This document shows, in pieces, positions 38,927 through 50,100 of a stretch of 64,000 nt of DNA. The DNA lies in the IMG/VR virus record IMGVR_UViG_3300025711_000239, positions 54,645 through 118,644 of that record. One strand, 5' to 3'. Source of the stretch: a virus. Lineage: Duplodnaviria; Caudoviricetes. Below the pieces are notes generated by a model. That model had not been told where the DNA came from. It saw only the letters and a list, made by a program, of their open reading frames with translations, and did not search any database. How positions within the stretch are numbered: the first letter of the stretch is position 1; each line of letters starts with the position of its first letter. A program made the translations under genes and the position numbers.

Positions 38927-39634
38927 AGCGTTCCCCGGTGAGGTTTAGAAAGGGTTGTTGTGACCGTTTTCCGTTAGCGCGATTGTTTAATGAGGCGGGA
39001 CTTAAACCCGCTTTGCTTTCGCAGCCCATCGCTGACCGCCCGTGTTAATTCACAGGCAGGGCTTTCGCCCCGTGGATTCCGGATCCACAACTCCTACGGT
39101 GTGTTAAAGCGATCACCACAACGGTCGAGAACACTGAGCAACCACGCGCCGGGTGTTCAATTAAGTCACCCTTCAGTGCTCTCGCCGTTATGGGCTGGTC
39201 TTTCCCAGCTGTCACGAACTGTTAAGGTCTGCCGCTGACCTGTCCTGCCACCAGCCAAATTAGCCGGTAGACAGGGCATCGCCTGGTGTTGGCGTGTAGT
39301 GCATGGGGGGCTGGTGCCTCCAGCTGTCCGATACGGAATCTACGGACGGGTCACGTAAAGGAATTTGCAAAACGTCAGGTAACTGTTCCGTCCCGCGTGC
39401 GCATAGCCGCATTCCCCCATTTGTGAGCGCGCTGACAGAAGCGCCAGCACGCTCACAAATAGTGATCCCTTACGAGGATCAGGCGGGAACATGTTTAAGC
39501 CTCATGGGGCATTCTTTGCGCGGGATTAGTCCATCAACCGCGTTCACTGCCATGACAGGAGGGGCTACTTGCCGTTCACCCTACTCATAACACACCCGGA
39601 AAAAGCTAATAACCGGGGGCGGCCCGTTACGAAC

Positions 39635-39707
39635 TGGTGCATGGGGCCGGATTTGAACCGGCGGCGGACTTAACGACTTCTGCGTTCGGCCTCTTCGCTA
39701 CCCATGC
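39635..39707 (-). tRNA. Degenerate tRNA-like gene (GTT triplet in an unpaired anticodon region) with encoded CCA
   Basis: GCATGGG...CCCATGC-A-CCA acceptor, D arm, GCCGG-TTCAAAT-CCGGC T arm; the anticodon stem does not pair. Confidence 0.6.
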
Positions 39708-40144
39708 TGAATATTTGCCGGTGCATACCCGGCGCGGACACTTAGGTATCTGGTCAACCTGTCCGCTTGCGTCACAAATAGGTGTGGAGGCACCTGCCAG
39801 ATTTGCATTGCGTTTGCCTCGCTGCCGAAGCGTTTCCCCGTTTTCAGCCGTCAGCACACCTTGATGCACTCACGGCTGAACCTGAAAAAAAGCCCGGAAA
39901 CTACCGGGCATGAAAGTTACTACACACAGCAAAATCTACTCTGGAATAGACTTTGATTTGTGAAAAAAGAGCGGACTAAACAGACAGTTATGATTAATCC
40001 GCCAAATGCCTATTATGAATTTTGCACGGAGCAGTAAAGTCCTTGTCAGCGGGGAGAAATGTACACAAAGCGGAGTTATGAAGCAATGAAAATCTAAGAA
40101 ATCTCTTAGATTTTCAAAGCACGGTAAAAGGAGGTGACGGAGGA

Positions 40145-41434
40145 TTAGCGGCGCTTTACTTTCGGGTTCTTGATGTTCTCAATGTCGCCGTTCACCTTCG
40201 CCCACTTGATGCACCAGCTGTTCACGGCAGCGCGGATCTCCATCACTGATGCCTCGCTCAGCCCCTTCACCTTCGCCAGTTCTGTAGGCAGTTCACCACC
40301 AGCATCGGCAACCGTCTCATATCCCGCCTTAATCAGTGCGTTAAGGGCGCGTGTCGGTATGGCCAACTCGGAGACCGGCGCGGCTTTGCCATCCAGAATG
40401 CGCTGGTGGAGACGCGGGTAATCGAGCGCTATACGTTTCATGATGCGTGCGTGCAACTCGTCGTTAACAGCGGTATCCCACATCGGCTCAAGGTCCGGCA
40501 GCAGGCGGAATACCGGATTGCCCCATACTCCAGGCACAACGTCCATTGCCAGCATCATCGCGGTGCGGATCTGGAAATGGAAATCAGCCGTTTCAATAGA
40601 GACGTCGCGGATACCGTGGAAGACACTCAGACCAAAGTGGAAGTTGTAGATGTAGCAGCCCACGTCACCGGAGCCGTCCGGCAGCTGAAGCAGGAACTGC
40701 TGCACGTCTTCCCGGCCATCGTGGAAATCGACGCGCTCTTTCAGATTGTTATAAAGCGCAGTTGTCTTAAGCAGGTCATTAGCCGTTTCAGCGCGCAGGC
40801 GGCGCTCATCGCCGACAACCTTATCCGCGATGTTCAGTTTGCTCTGTAAGTCCTGACGCTTAACGCTCTCCTTTTTGCGGTCAGCGCGCATCTGCGAAAT
40901 GGTTTTATCCCGCTCGTTCAGATCAGTTGCCAGGCGTTCAGGGTGTTTACGGCGGTATTGCGTGTGCTCCAGATTGAGCGTTGCCAGCGCCAGCTGCGCG
41001 GTCGTCAGGGCGGACTCCATCCCTTGTAGCTTCGTTTCCGCTTTGATTGCGCGGTTTTCTGCTTCCAGCACGCTTTCTTTTGCCGCGTCTCTTGCTTCTT
41101 CAATGGCGTTCTGTGCATCGAGACGGATTTTCGTTACTTCGTTGTGCAATGCGGACTGCGCGCCCAGCTGCTGCTGCGCCTGCTCCAGCGCCTCTAACAT
41201 CAGATTGTAGGTATCAGCTTCATGGTTGAGGCGCATGCCGATATCGATCTGGATCTGCTCCAGTGCGTTTGTACAGTTATCAAGGAGGCGTAGCTCCAGG
41301 TCATCGAGCGTCAGGCGTTTTCTGACGGAATTAAGCTGGCCGTAAGCGGTGACAAAGGCCTGATGAAGAACATCGTCATCAACGTTACATTCAGGGAGAT
41401 TTTGCAGCTGCTGGAGTGGAGCAAGAGTAGTCAT
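40145..41434 (-). CDS. PmgS-like coiled-coil protein with C-terminal RNAP alpha-CTD-like HhH domain
   Basis: 429 aa; N.EAD..N.L and DF..Q motifs recalled from P1 PmgS; C-terminal EL.IPTRALNALIKAG..TV.D..L.KVKGL. Confidence 0.7.
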   Translation of the reverse strand: MTTLAPLQQLQNLPECNVDDDVLHQAFVTAYGQLNSVRKRLTLDDLELRLLDNCTNALEQIQIDIGMRLNHEADTYNLMLEALEQAQQQLGAQSALHNEVTKIRLDAQNAIEEARDAAKESVLEAENRAIKAETKLQGMESALTTAQLALATLNLEHTQYRRKHPERLATDLNERDKTISQMRADRKKESVKRQDLQSKLNIADKVVGDERRLRAETANDLLKTTALYNNLKERVDFHDGREDVQQFLLQLPDGSGDVGCYIYNFHFGLSVFHGIRDVSIETADFHFQIRTAMMLAMDVVPGVWGNPVFRLLPDLEPMWDTAVNDELHARIMKRIALDYPRLHQRILDGKAAPVSELAIPTRALNALIKAGYETVADAGGELPTELAKVKGLSEASVMEIRAAVNSWCIKWAKVNGDIENIKNPKVKRR

Positions 41435-41576
41435 AATGTGTTATCAGATCCGCGTGTTATTTGCGGCGGATGATAACTCGAAATTGACCACTGTCTAAGG
41501 GTTTTCTTAGATTTCGTTTAACGATTTAGGAGGGATAGCTGGTGGCATTGTTCCGGACTCTGCCACCAGCAGTGGA

Positions 41577-41873
41577 TTACAGCAGTTTCAGCGCCGTTAT
41601 GAATAAGGCAGCAGCAGTAACGATCATCAATACATTCAGCAATACAGAGGGTACTTTGATATCGCCTGACTCATACTCAGCCTGCGTCATCCGCCCTAGG
41701 TAGCTATGCGAGACCAGCACTGCGTTTTCGTCAAAGCTCAGCGTAGCCCGAACTGTCTCCAGCGCCTGACGGGATATCTGACGTGTGGCCAGCTGGACTA
41801 TTCCGGATCGCATCTTGCCGTTGTCACCCATGTAGCAGACCGTATGATAGTGAAATGGCTTGTTCTGGCCCAT
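41577..41873 (-). CDS. Small protein with C-terminal TM segment
   Basis: SYLG.MT..E motif; coupled. Confidence 0.55.
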   Translation of the reverse strand: MGQNKPFHYHTVCYMGDNGKMRSGIVQLATRQISRQALETVRATLSFDENAVLVSHSYLGRMTQAEYESGDIKVPSVLLNVLMIVTAAALFITALKLL

Positions 41874-42391
41874 TAGGCGACTTCCACCCAGTCAGTTACG
41901 CGCATATCGTTAATGCTCAGGTCGTGCATTTCCACGCCGCCGTCCGGTCGGGTCAGAATCAGCACGTCACAGCCTTCATGCTCCTGCTCAAGCGACACAA
42001 AATAACCCGCCCCCCACGCTTCCCGACGCATCAGCAATTCCGGATCTTCTTTCATTCTCAGTAAGGCCTGGTCGTAGCTGCACGTAATGGCACCGATTCC
42101 AATTTTGCTCAAACCTTCGATCTGTGCCGTTGTCATGCGTCCGCGTCCTTCTGTTAATGATTTTCTCAAGATGTAGCTAATCCCCTTCACGCCGCCGAAA
42201 TAGTTCAGCTGGCGGTTGCTCATGCCGCTGCGCGTCATAAGCTCCTGCTTCGGTACTTTGAAAATGCCGACGTCCATAGCAATGTCGGCAAAAACCGAAA
42301 GCCCCCGTCCCAAGCTGTCTCGCGTCTTATTACGGCGCGCATACTGCTCAAACGTGGGGCATCCGGTAAAAAATTGCGCATCAAAAAGCAC
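41873..42391 (-). CDS. TetR-like HTH fused to DUF2829/Tad2-like domain
   Basis: GIFKVPKQELMTRSGMSNRQLNYFGG followed by YDQAL.RMK....MRREAW...DM..TDWVEV. Confidence 0.6.
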   Translation of the reverse strand: MLFDAQFFTGCPTFEQYARRNKTRDSLGRGLSVFADIAMDVGIFKVPKQELMTRSGMSNRQLNYFGGVKGISYILRKSLTEGRGRMTTAQIEGLSKIGIGAITCSYDQALLRMKEDPELLMRREAWGAGYFVSLEQEHEGCDVLILTRPDGGVEMHDLSINDMRVTDWVEVA

Positions 42392-42982
42392 TTATTCGCT
42401 CCAGAATCCGTCGTTCTCATGTGCTGGCATTACTTCACCTGCTTTGAGAACCGCATACTGTTCCATCACGCTGATCGTTTCTTCAGGTGAAAATGATAAA
42501 AGAACGTAATACCCCTGCTCCTTAAGGCGACGCATCCACGTCACCTGATGCTCTGAAGGCATACGCTTACCGTGTTTCTGCTCTACACGCATTCCGTGAT
42601 AGACGCCTGCCGGTATTTCCAGGGACATATCCGGAACGCCCCGCTTTGCGCCTTCAGCCTCAATTGCTGCGGCGGTCGCCTTTAAGCGAAATCCTCCGTT
42701 AGGTACGGCAAACAGATGGTCATAAATAACCCTGTTGTGACGGTGAAAATGGTCAAAGATTCGAACCTGATCGTAATGCTCTTGCCTGCCTTTGCGCAGA
42801 TCGGGATTTTTGACGAGAGCGGCCAGCGCTTTTGCGTGAACCGATATTTCAATAACTGCCGCCAACCATGCAGACGCTTTGCCGGATTTTACCGACGATC
42901 CACCAGCAGATTTTTCTGCTGTTCTGGTGCGGTTTTTTTGATTTTTTTTATAAGAGTGCAACCACTCTTCACTGAAGCGCAT
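42392..42982 (-). CDS. VRR-NUC nuclease (P1 Mat-like position)
   Basis: EH..Q, AVPNGG, GVPD, VEQK and SEHQ..W motifs; probable start MRFSEEWL. Confidence 0.8.
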   Translation of the reverse strand: MRFSEEWLHSYKKNQKNRTRTAEKSAGGSSVKSGKASAWLAAVIEISVHAKALAALVKNPDLRKGRQEHYDQVRIFDHFHRHNRVIYDHLFAVPNGGFRLKATAAAIEAEGAKRGVPDMSLEIPAGVYHGMRVEQKHGKRMPSEHQVTWMRRLKEQGYYVLLSFSPEETISVMEQYAVLKAGEVMPAHENDGFWSE

Positions 42983-43118
42983 ATCCGGATTTGCCAACCG
43001 ATGATTAATTAGTCTAAAAGATGGATCTGCGTTGGGGGCTATTTTTAACGCTGAGACGGGAAAAAACAAGCCTGTAATCTACATCTTTGAAAGATAGTCA
43101 TTACAGGCAGTTACCTTT

Positions 43119-43283
43119 TTACTGGTGAGCCATCCACATGAACGCCAGGGTATAGATAAGACCGATAGTGCTAAGGCAAAGCGTGACGAATCTGCCGATC
43201 ACATTAGAAAAAGGCGTGACTTTTGCGGTAATAGCCTTGTTTGAGGTGGCATTAACAAAATCACGCTGCGCAAAATTTTTCAT
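43119..43283 (-). CDS. 54-aa protein with C-terminal TM segment
   Basis: Manual translation MKNFAQRDF...LCLSTIGLIYTLAFMWMAHQ; AG-rich SD. Confidence 0.4.
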   Translation of the reverse strand: MKNFAQRDFVNATSNKAITAKVTPFSNVIGRFVTLCLSTIGLIYTLAFMWMAHQ

Positions 43284-43435
43284 GTTATATTCTCTCTGTT
43301 GTGCGCAGGGGTGTACGTCGCCAAACTGAACCCCTGCGAAAGTGAAAGCCCGGCCATATGGTCGGGCTTTTTCTTGGTCGCCGCCTTAGCTGCTTAATGC
43401 AATCTAAGGGTTTTCTAATTTACCGTCAATTAAAA

Positions 43436-43720
43436 TCACGACTTTTCGTCACTTTTCGTCTGTGGCAAGGCTTCTCCGGCATTTTTCAGGCGTGATAATG
43501 CGTCCTGTAGTGCGAAAATCCAGCTACTTTTATCCAGCTCCCGTACCCGCTTAACTCTCTCCTGGGTGTAAGGATTAATAACCCAAACCCATGTTTCACT
43601 GTCCTGGCGATCTCGCATCGTAAATACCCCAGTTGGGGGGTAAAAACTCAGCTCAGCGCCATTCACATAGGCATAGGCTTCCAGTTCCTCCAGCTTAAGG
43701 TGTTTATTCTCTCGCGGCAC
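43436..43720 (-). CDS. Lxc-like modulator (by synteny)
   Basis: darB-ulx-lxc order and size as in P1. Confidence 0.45.
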   Translation of the reverse strand: MPRENKHLKLEELEAYAYVNGAELSFYPPTGVFTMRDRQDSETWVWVINPYTQERVKRVRELDKSSWIFALQDALSRLKNAGEALPQTKSDEKS

Positions 43721-43728
43721 GGTCTCTC

Positions 43729-44157
43729 CTAAAATCTTCTTTTCTCTATGGATTCATCATAGCTGACGTACAGGTAAGGTTCAGTATCATCCGCTGACGG
43801 CATCACAGGAAGCAGATGCACCGCGCTGAATACGGCATCATTTTCTGTCCGGTCGTCAGCGTACAGGTGCGCAGCTATGACCGTAAGAGCAGGACGCGAA
43901 AGCGAGTATATTTCAGCTACATCACTTTCGACTACCTGCCCAAATTTAGTATTAGCACGTTCAAGCAATAACGTTTTGACTGCAGGCCACCACGGGCCAA
44001 ATGCCCGATACGCGAACCTGGTACTGCTGACGCGCTTTACTAAATTTTCCAGATAGTTTACTAAAAATACTTCTTCGGTTCGCCCGTCCAGCGCCAGTGG
44101 TAGCAGGCTTTCAATGTAAGTCTCGGTTGGCTTGATAGTATCAATCAGTGTCGTCAT
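43729..44157 (-). CDS. Ulx-like protein
   Basis: YRAFGPWWPAVK motif; directly downstream of darB. Confidence 0.65.
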   Translation of the reverse strand: MTTLIDTIKPTETYIESLLPLALDGRTEEVFLVNYLENLVKRVSSTRFAYRAFGPWWPAVKTLLLERANTKFGQVVESDVAEIYSLSRPALTVIAAHLYADDRTENDAVFSAVHLLPVMPSADDTEPYLYVSYDESIEKRRF

Positions 44158-44188
44158 GTTAGACGGCCCTCGCGGGGCCGCTCCTGAA

Positions 44189-47100
44189 TTATGCGTTAAC
44201 AATGTCGTTGCGTAACGCATCGAGATCGTGGGAAGAAGGGATAAGCCAGGCGGCTTGTGTAAACTCGTTTCCGGCTACCGGGTTTTCTTCGAAATTCCAG
44301 AATTTCGCGCCGTACTTCTCTTTAATCAGGTCACGCACTGCTTTGCGCTTAAGTACCGGCTTGTCGCTGGTATCCATCAGCACGTAGGCACCTCCAGCCG
44401 GGAAGTCGATTTTAAAGGTGCGGTTCATCCACTTACGCGAGGCCACCAACTCCTGCTCATTTTTCATTACCTGGAAGCCATCAGCCTGCTTCTGTACCTG
44501 GACTGTGCGCACGGTCGCTGCTGCAGCCACAGCGCGCTGGCTTGCTGCTTCACGGCGGGCCTTTACGTCTTCAGGCGACAGTTTGCCGATCATCAGCGCT
44601 TTATAGTCGTCCCACGTCGTCGCGTACTCGCGGTAATCGCCTTTTTCCATTCGATCCAGCCACAGATAAACCATCGTTAGCTGCCGCTTAATAGCGTTGG
44701 ATGAGGCGAATGTTTCAACGGTAATTCCGGCGTCATCGAGCGCACCCAGTGAAACGCCGGCGCGCAGATAAATTGCAGCCGGTGACTCCGTTACGGTTGC
44801 TGCCCGGTCAATGTCACTGTAAGCATCAAACTTAGACTTCACCAGCAGCACGGCAATACCGGCCTGGCTATCACTCTCGCTCATCTGGCGGAACTGCTGC
44901 AGCGCGGCGGCGGCATACTGTTCTGTCAGTGATTTGACAGCCTGCACCTTGCCGTCCGCCATCTCGTTACGCAGGTGTTCGAACATTGCTTCGTACTCAT
45001 GACGGTTAGAGAAGCCCTCCATGCCGTTACGGAACTGACGAAGGCTGATAACGTTGCTCCAGTAGTAACGGTCCTGCGCCGAATCCAGGAAGGCGGCATG
45101 TGCCTCTTCATCATTCGCGCCGGTCACTGACCGCTTTTTGGGGTCGTTCGCTTCGAACTCGGCCACCAGTCGGTTAAAGACTTTAACCACGTCCGCCATG
45201 CCCGCCTGCTTCCCGTAAGCCTGCAATGCCGTGTCGTAATTACGGCCAAACATTGCCTTAAAGAAGCCCTGGGCGCTGTAGATGTTGTTGTCCACGCTGT
45301 ACTGATAAAGCTCACGCTTCAACTGCTCGTCGGTGTGGTCCGGGTACAGCCACGTTTCAGCCGGTCGCTCTTCGCTGGCGCTGATCGTGCCTCTCAAGTA
45401 AGCCAGTTTCAGCCTGCCGTCATTGTCGCGGTAGAGCCATCCGTCCGTGTTCACATTCAGGACGCCCGCGTGAATGGCCGCATAGAAGTCAGCACGGCTT
45501 AGCGTGTCCGCCAGGTTTACCGGCTCGATTCCCTTCGCTGCTGTCTGGAGCGCTTTTGCCTGGTCACTGGTGATATCCACGCGGTCGCCCACCAGCGCAG
45601 ACGGCATTTCAGCAAAGCCACCGACATTCGGACCGGTATAGCAGCGCAGCGGCTTGTGGATCAGCTCAACCTCAACCGTATTTTTCTCCGGGAAGAATTT
45701 ACGGATCTGGAATACGCCCTTTTCTTCACGGTCATCGTTTAGCCAGATTTCATAGGTCGCGCCAATTCGCACCAGCTGGCCGTCTGGCAGTTTCATGTAC
45801 TGCTCCGGGGCGCGCAGCACGTCCGGATCGACTTCCAGCGCGCCGGATTTAATTGCGCGTTCCACTTCACCGCGGGAGCGCTTAATGGTGCTGGCTGCAC
45901 TTTTGGAGCGCGTCAGCGCCTTACGTGCGCCGCCCAACTCCTGCTCCAGCTTTTTCTGCTTCGCCAGACCTTCACGCAGTGCAGCACGTGCTACACGACG
46001 ATCCTGACCGCGCCAGGCATCAGCTGACCGCTTGCCGTCTCTTTCAAGCTCACGGTTATAGGCTGCTTCTGCGTCGGTGACGTCCTCACGCAGGCCATCA
46101 ATCTCGCCGTTGATCGCATCAAAGGCAGCAGACAGCTTGGTAATATTGCCTTCCAGCACTTCAACTGGCGTGGCGGCAGCAACGCTTGCCTTCAGGTAGA
46201 TATCCAGCGCGGCAGCGGCTTCGCGCTCGGCCTGCTGGCGGTCGGCTTCCCGCTTAGCTTTCAGCTGTGCATCCACGCGGGCGCGACGCTCTTCCGGGTT
46301 AGCGGCCAGCAGCAGGCTTTGCTCTTCTTTCGACTCCACATCGCCGTTTTTGATACTGGACACGTCGGATTTCATAACGTCATTGATCCAGTTTTTCTTG
46401 CGCTGCAGCGTCTCCAGGCGGAACTCGTCAAATGATCCTTTGCCACAATAGTAATGCACGCGCATGGTGTCGCGCTCGGAGCCCACGCGGGCGCCGCGTC
46501 CGTTACGCTGATCGATACTGGCTGGCGTCCAGGGGAGTGTCAGATGGTGCGTATCAGCGGTGCCTTTGTGCAGGTTTATCCCTACTTCGGCCTTTTTGTT
46601 GCAGATGATGATCGGCGTGCGGCCTTCGTTATAGTCGGCGGCAATGCCTTCCATCCCGGCCAGAGAGGCGTCACTCAGTGCGGCCTGATAATCCTCATAG
46701 CGCGCCAGTTCCTCATAGTACTTATCCCATGAGCCGTCCTTAAAACTGCCGTCTGCTTTTTCCACCGGCTCCACCGGCTTCTTAACGGGCTTCACCTTCA
46801 CGCCAGAGGCTTTGCTGACTGTTGTGGCATTGATAATGCCTACCTGCTGCTCCGTGAGGCCTAGGGCGCTGGCGATAATGCGGCGCAGCTTGTTGTGCTG
46901 GGACTTTTCATCCATGAAGATGATCTGTTTACCATCCGGCAGTCCTGCCTTCAGGTTCTCAATCAGCGCGGCATACTTGGGCGGTACCGGGTGTGAGACG
47001 TTTTCCATGCTGATACCGGCAGACGCGATCGCGGCCAGTACCTGCTGCTCCAGCGTGTCACTCACCACCAGCTCCACGACGCCCCCGCGATTCTTCAGCG

Positions 47101-50100
47101 TGGTTTTGACTACCTTGCTGGTGCGTGTGTCGGTCAGGCCGGTTTCCGCGTCCTCAGCTGTCTCTTCTTCATCACCGGCAAGCAGCTGGCCACCGGCCTC
47201 ACCTGGCAGCGCCCGCGCCACCTGTTTCGCCAGTTCCAGATCCTCTTCACGGAAGCGGAACGTGATAGCAGAGCGGTACAGGTCCGGATCGATAACCACC
47301 TTATCCATATCGCGGATAACGGAGAAAATGAAATCGTCGTCGTTCTGCACGATGGACATGGTGCCGTCGCCATTGTCCTGGACGGTTTCCTTCTGCCCGA
47401 TACGGCTGGCGCGCACGCGCAGCTCTTCATAAAGCTCCTTCTGATCGCGGGTCATCGGCACGCCCACGGTTTTCTCGTCGAGGCCCGGAATCTTCACGCT
47501 GTCTTTCACGTCAGCAGCAGATTTGAGCGTCGTCCAGCGATGGAATATTCCGCGCAGGCCGTCTAGGTTTTTGAAGCCCACCAGCCCCTGCTTGTCTTCC
47601 AGTTCGCCGGAAATCTTCTGCACGGTCACGGATTCGGTTTCACCAAACACCCGCACAAAGTCATCCGGCGTCAGGATCCCCATCGCCTTCCATTCATCCA
47701 GCGACACGACGTGTGACAGCATGTTAAAGGCGTCAATCGGGGAGTTAACCAGCGGCGTTGCGGTCAGCATAACGACGCCGCGGCCGTTGTACTTTTTCAT
47801 CATGTACTGGCTTTTTACGGCCATATCGCGGGCAATCTTGGAGACGGAGGGATTAGGCAGGTAGGCCAGCTGGCCCGCCTCACGTCCGGCGCTGTGCGAG
47901 TTGCGGTAGTTATGCCCTTCATCTGCGATCACGCTATCAAAGTGCATATCCTCAAAGTACGGGATCTGGCTCTTTTTCTTCGTGCCGGTATCGGCGGCTT
48001 TGTCGCGGAGTTTGTTACGGGACGTGGCGGCGCGGTGTGTGGACTTCATCAGGTCCGTGCGGCCATTCTCAATCTGGTTAAAGACAGCCTGGCTGGAGTT
48101 TTCCTCAATGGTCTCCGGGCGCATCGGGATATCGCCAAACTGCTCTTTGGTCATCACCACGGCGCGGTAGTTGGAGACCGGGATCATGTTCATGCGCTCA
48201 AGCACGGTTGCGGCCGCGGACTCTTTCACCACGTTTCGCATCACCGGCTGGCCGTCTTTGTCCAGTTTTGGCTCGTTGTTTTCGTCGCGCTCCTGGGCCT
48301 GCATGATCTGGCCATCTTCGCCGCGCACTTCGTCCAGCCCGACAAACAGGATGTTCTGGAAGGCTTCGGCGCTATAGAAGCCCTGTGCTTCGTGATACCA
48401 GTTCTGGAGGACGGCTTTCGGCACGACGTAGACGGTTCGCTTACTGCGCCCCACCTCGTAGTTATAGGCTTCCAGTGCCAGCGCCGTTGTGGTTTTACCC
48501 AGCCCCGTACCAAAGCCCATGATGCCGCGCCCATCTTCTGACAGGCGCCGGACTTCGGCATTCTGGTAGCTCAGCGGGATACGCTTTCCGCTGATCTGTT
48601 GCAGTTGCAGCGAGGAAGAAGAATGCTCAAACGGAACATAGCCATTGAACGCATCGTTGTAGTCGCTGACGACGGTTTCCACGTCCGGATGCGTGCGCAG
48701 CCAGTCGTTGAAATGCGACTCCAGATCGCTAATGCGCTTCAGGTACGCATTAGCATTCACCCCGCGTGGCTTCACGCCATTGAGGTAATTCTCCAGCTGG
48801 TTATAAAAGCCGTCTTTGTAGCTGGCGCGCTTGAACTCGGTCACGCCGCCTTTGCTGGTGACAGAGCGAACCTGATAGCCAGAGAAAACGCCGTCTTTGC
48901 CCGCGTAGTTGTCTTCTGAGGTCAGATAGCCGTTATCGTTTTCCAGGTCCTGGGTGTATTTGAAGTCATCAAAGCCCTGCTCGATCAGAAATTCTTTGAT
49001 CAGGCGACGGTCCAGCCAGCGGGCATTGAGGTTAACTGTAATATCTTCAATCGACGTGTGCTTGCGCTTCTCGTTAATGGCTTCCAGCTGGCGGACATAG
49101 TTCGCCTTTACCGGGCCATCCGGCGTGTCGTCAATAAGCCCCGCCAGACGGGAAACTTTGCCGCGCACGTTCCCGCTGGTGGCACGGGCCAGCGGCATGA
49201 TATTGCCGTTACCATCGAGGGCGATCTCCGGGAAGGTCGCCAGGTGCGCCAGCAGCGCCTCGTCATCCTCCGGCAGTTGCCCGGTAAACGCGGCGCGGAA
49301 TGCCGACAGCGCTACAGGTACCAGATCCACATCACTGAAAAGGTGCGATACAACCTGCTCCGGGCTGGCGAAATCGACTGCCGCAGCCTCGCTGCGGTCG
49401 ATGGTGCCGTTCAGCAGCGCAGACAGATCACCTTCACGGCTGACGTTGGCCTGAAAACTCAGCCAGCCTTTCGCGCTGGCGTCTGACAGTCCGGCCAGCT
49501 TCAGGCCTTTCGGCGTGCCGTACTGGCCTACTTCTTCGCTCACCAGGCGGGCAGCGTCGGCAATGATGCCGCTGGCGTCGCCGCCCAGCATCTGCGTATT
49601 CAGCGCGTCATTGATACGCAGACCGATGATCGAGGCACGCATAACGCGCCAGCGGTGGCCTGGTTTCTGCTGCATGGCGAAACGGATAGCAGCATGGGTG
49701 CGATCGTCAAACAGCTGGGGATATTCCACGCTGGCGGCGTACAGTTCGCGGCTGTCCAGCGAAAGCATGCCGTTAATGGTGCGCGTTTTAGTCTGAAGGT
49801 CGCCAAAAGTGGCCGCGCCGAACCGCGCCGCGTCGATCCCGCTCGATGCCGTTGTGGCGTCTTTGATGAAACGGGTGCCGTCATAGGTGTGCCAGACGCC
49901 AGCCATGAGGCGCTTATCACCTTCAACCGGCGACTGCCAGACGGCGGCAGGCGTACCCAGCCGATCCCAGTCGATACGGCTGTCAAAGCGGCGCGACAGC
50001 GCGGCCTTCATTGCCTCATTGGTCAGCTGGCCATCTTTCTTCACCACCAGGATGTTGTTGAAGTCAGATCGCTCAGTTTCACCGTGAACAAAGCGACGGC

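Noticed and set aside
39303-39420. Self-cleaving ribozyme (HDV or twister type)
   Set aside because: I could not build the required pseudoknots by eye; left as an unassigned structured RNA.
39635-39707. Functional tRNA-Asn
   Set aside because: The anticodon stem cannot pair and the arm is 3-4 nt short; kept only as tRNA-like.
38990-39869. Short ORFs in the structured RNA region
   Set aside because: They lack convincing SD sequences or protein motifs and overlap tRNA-like folds.
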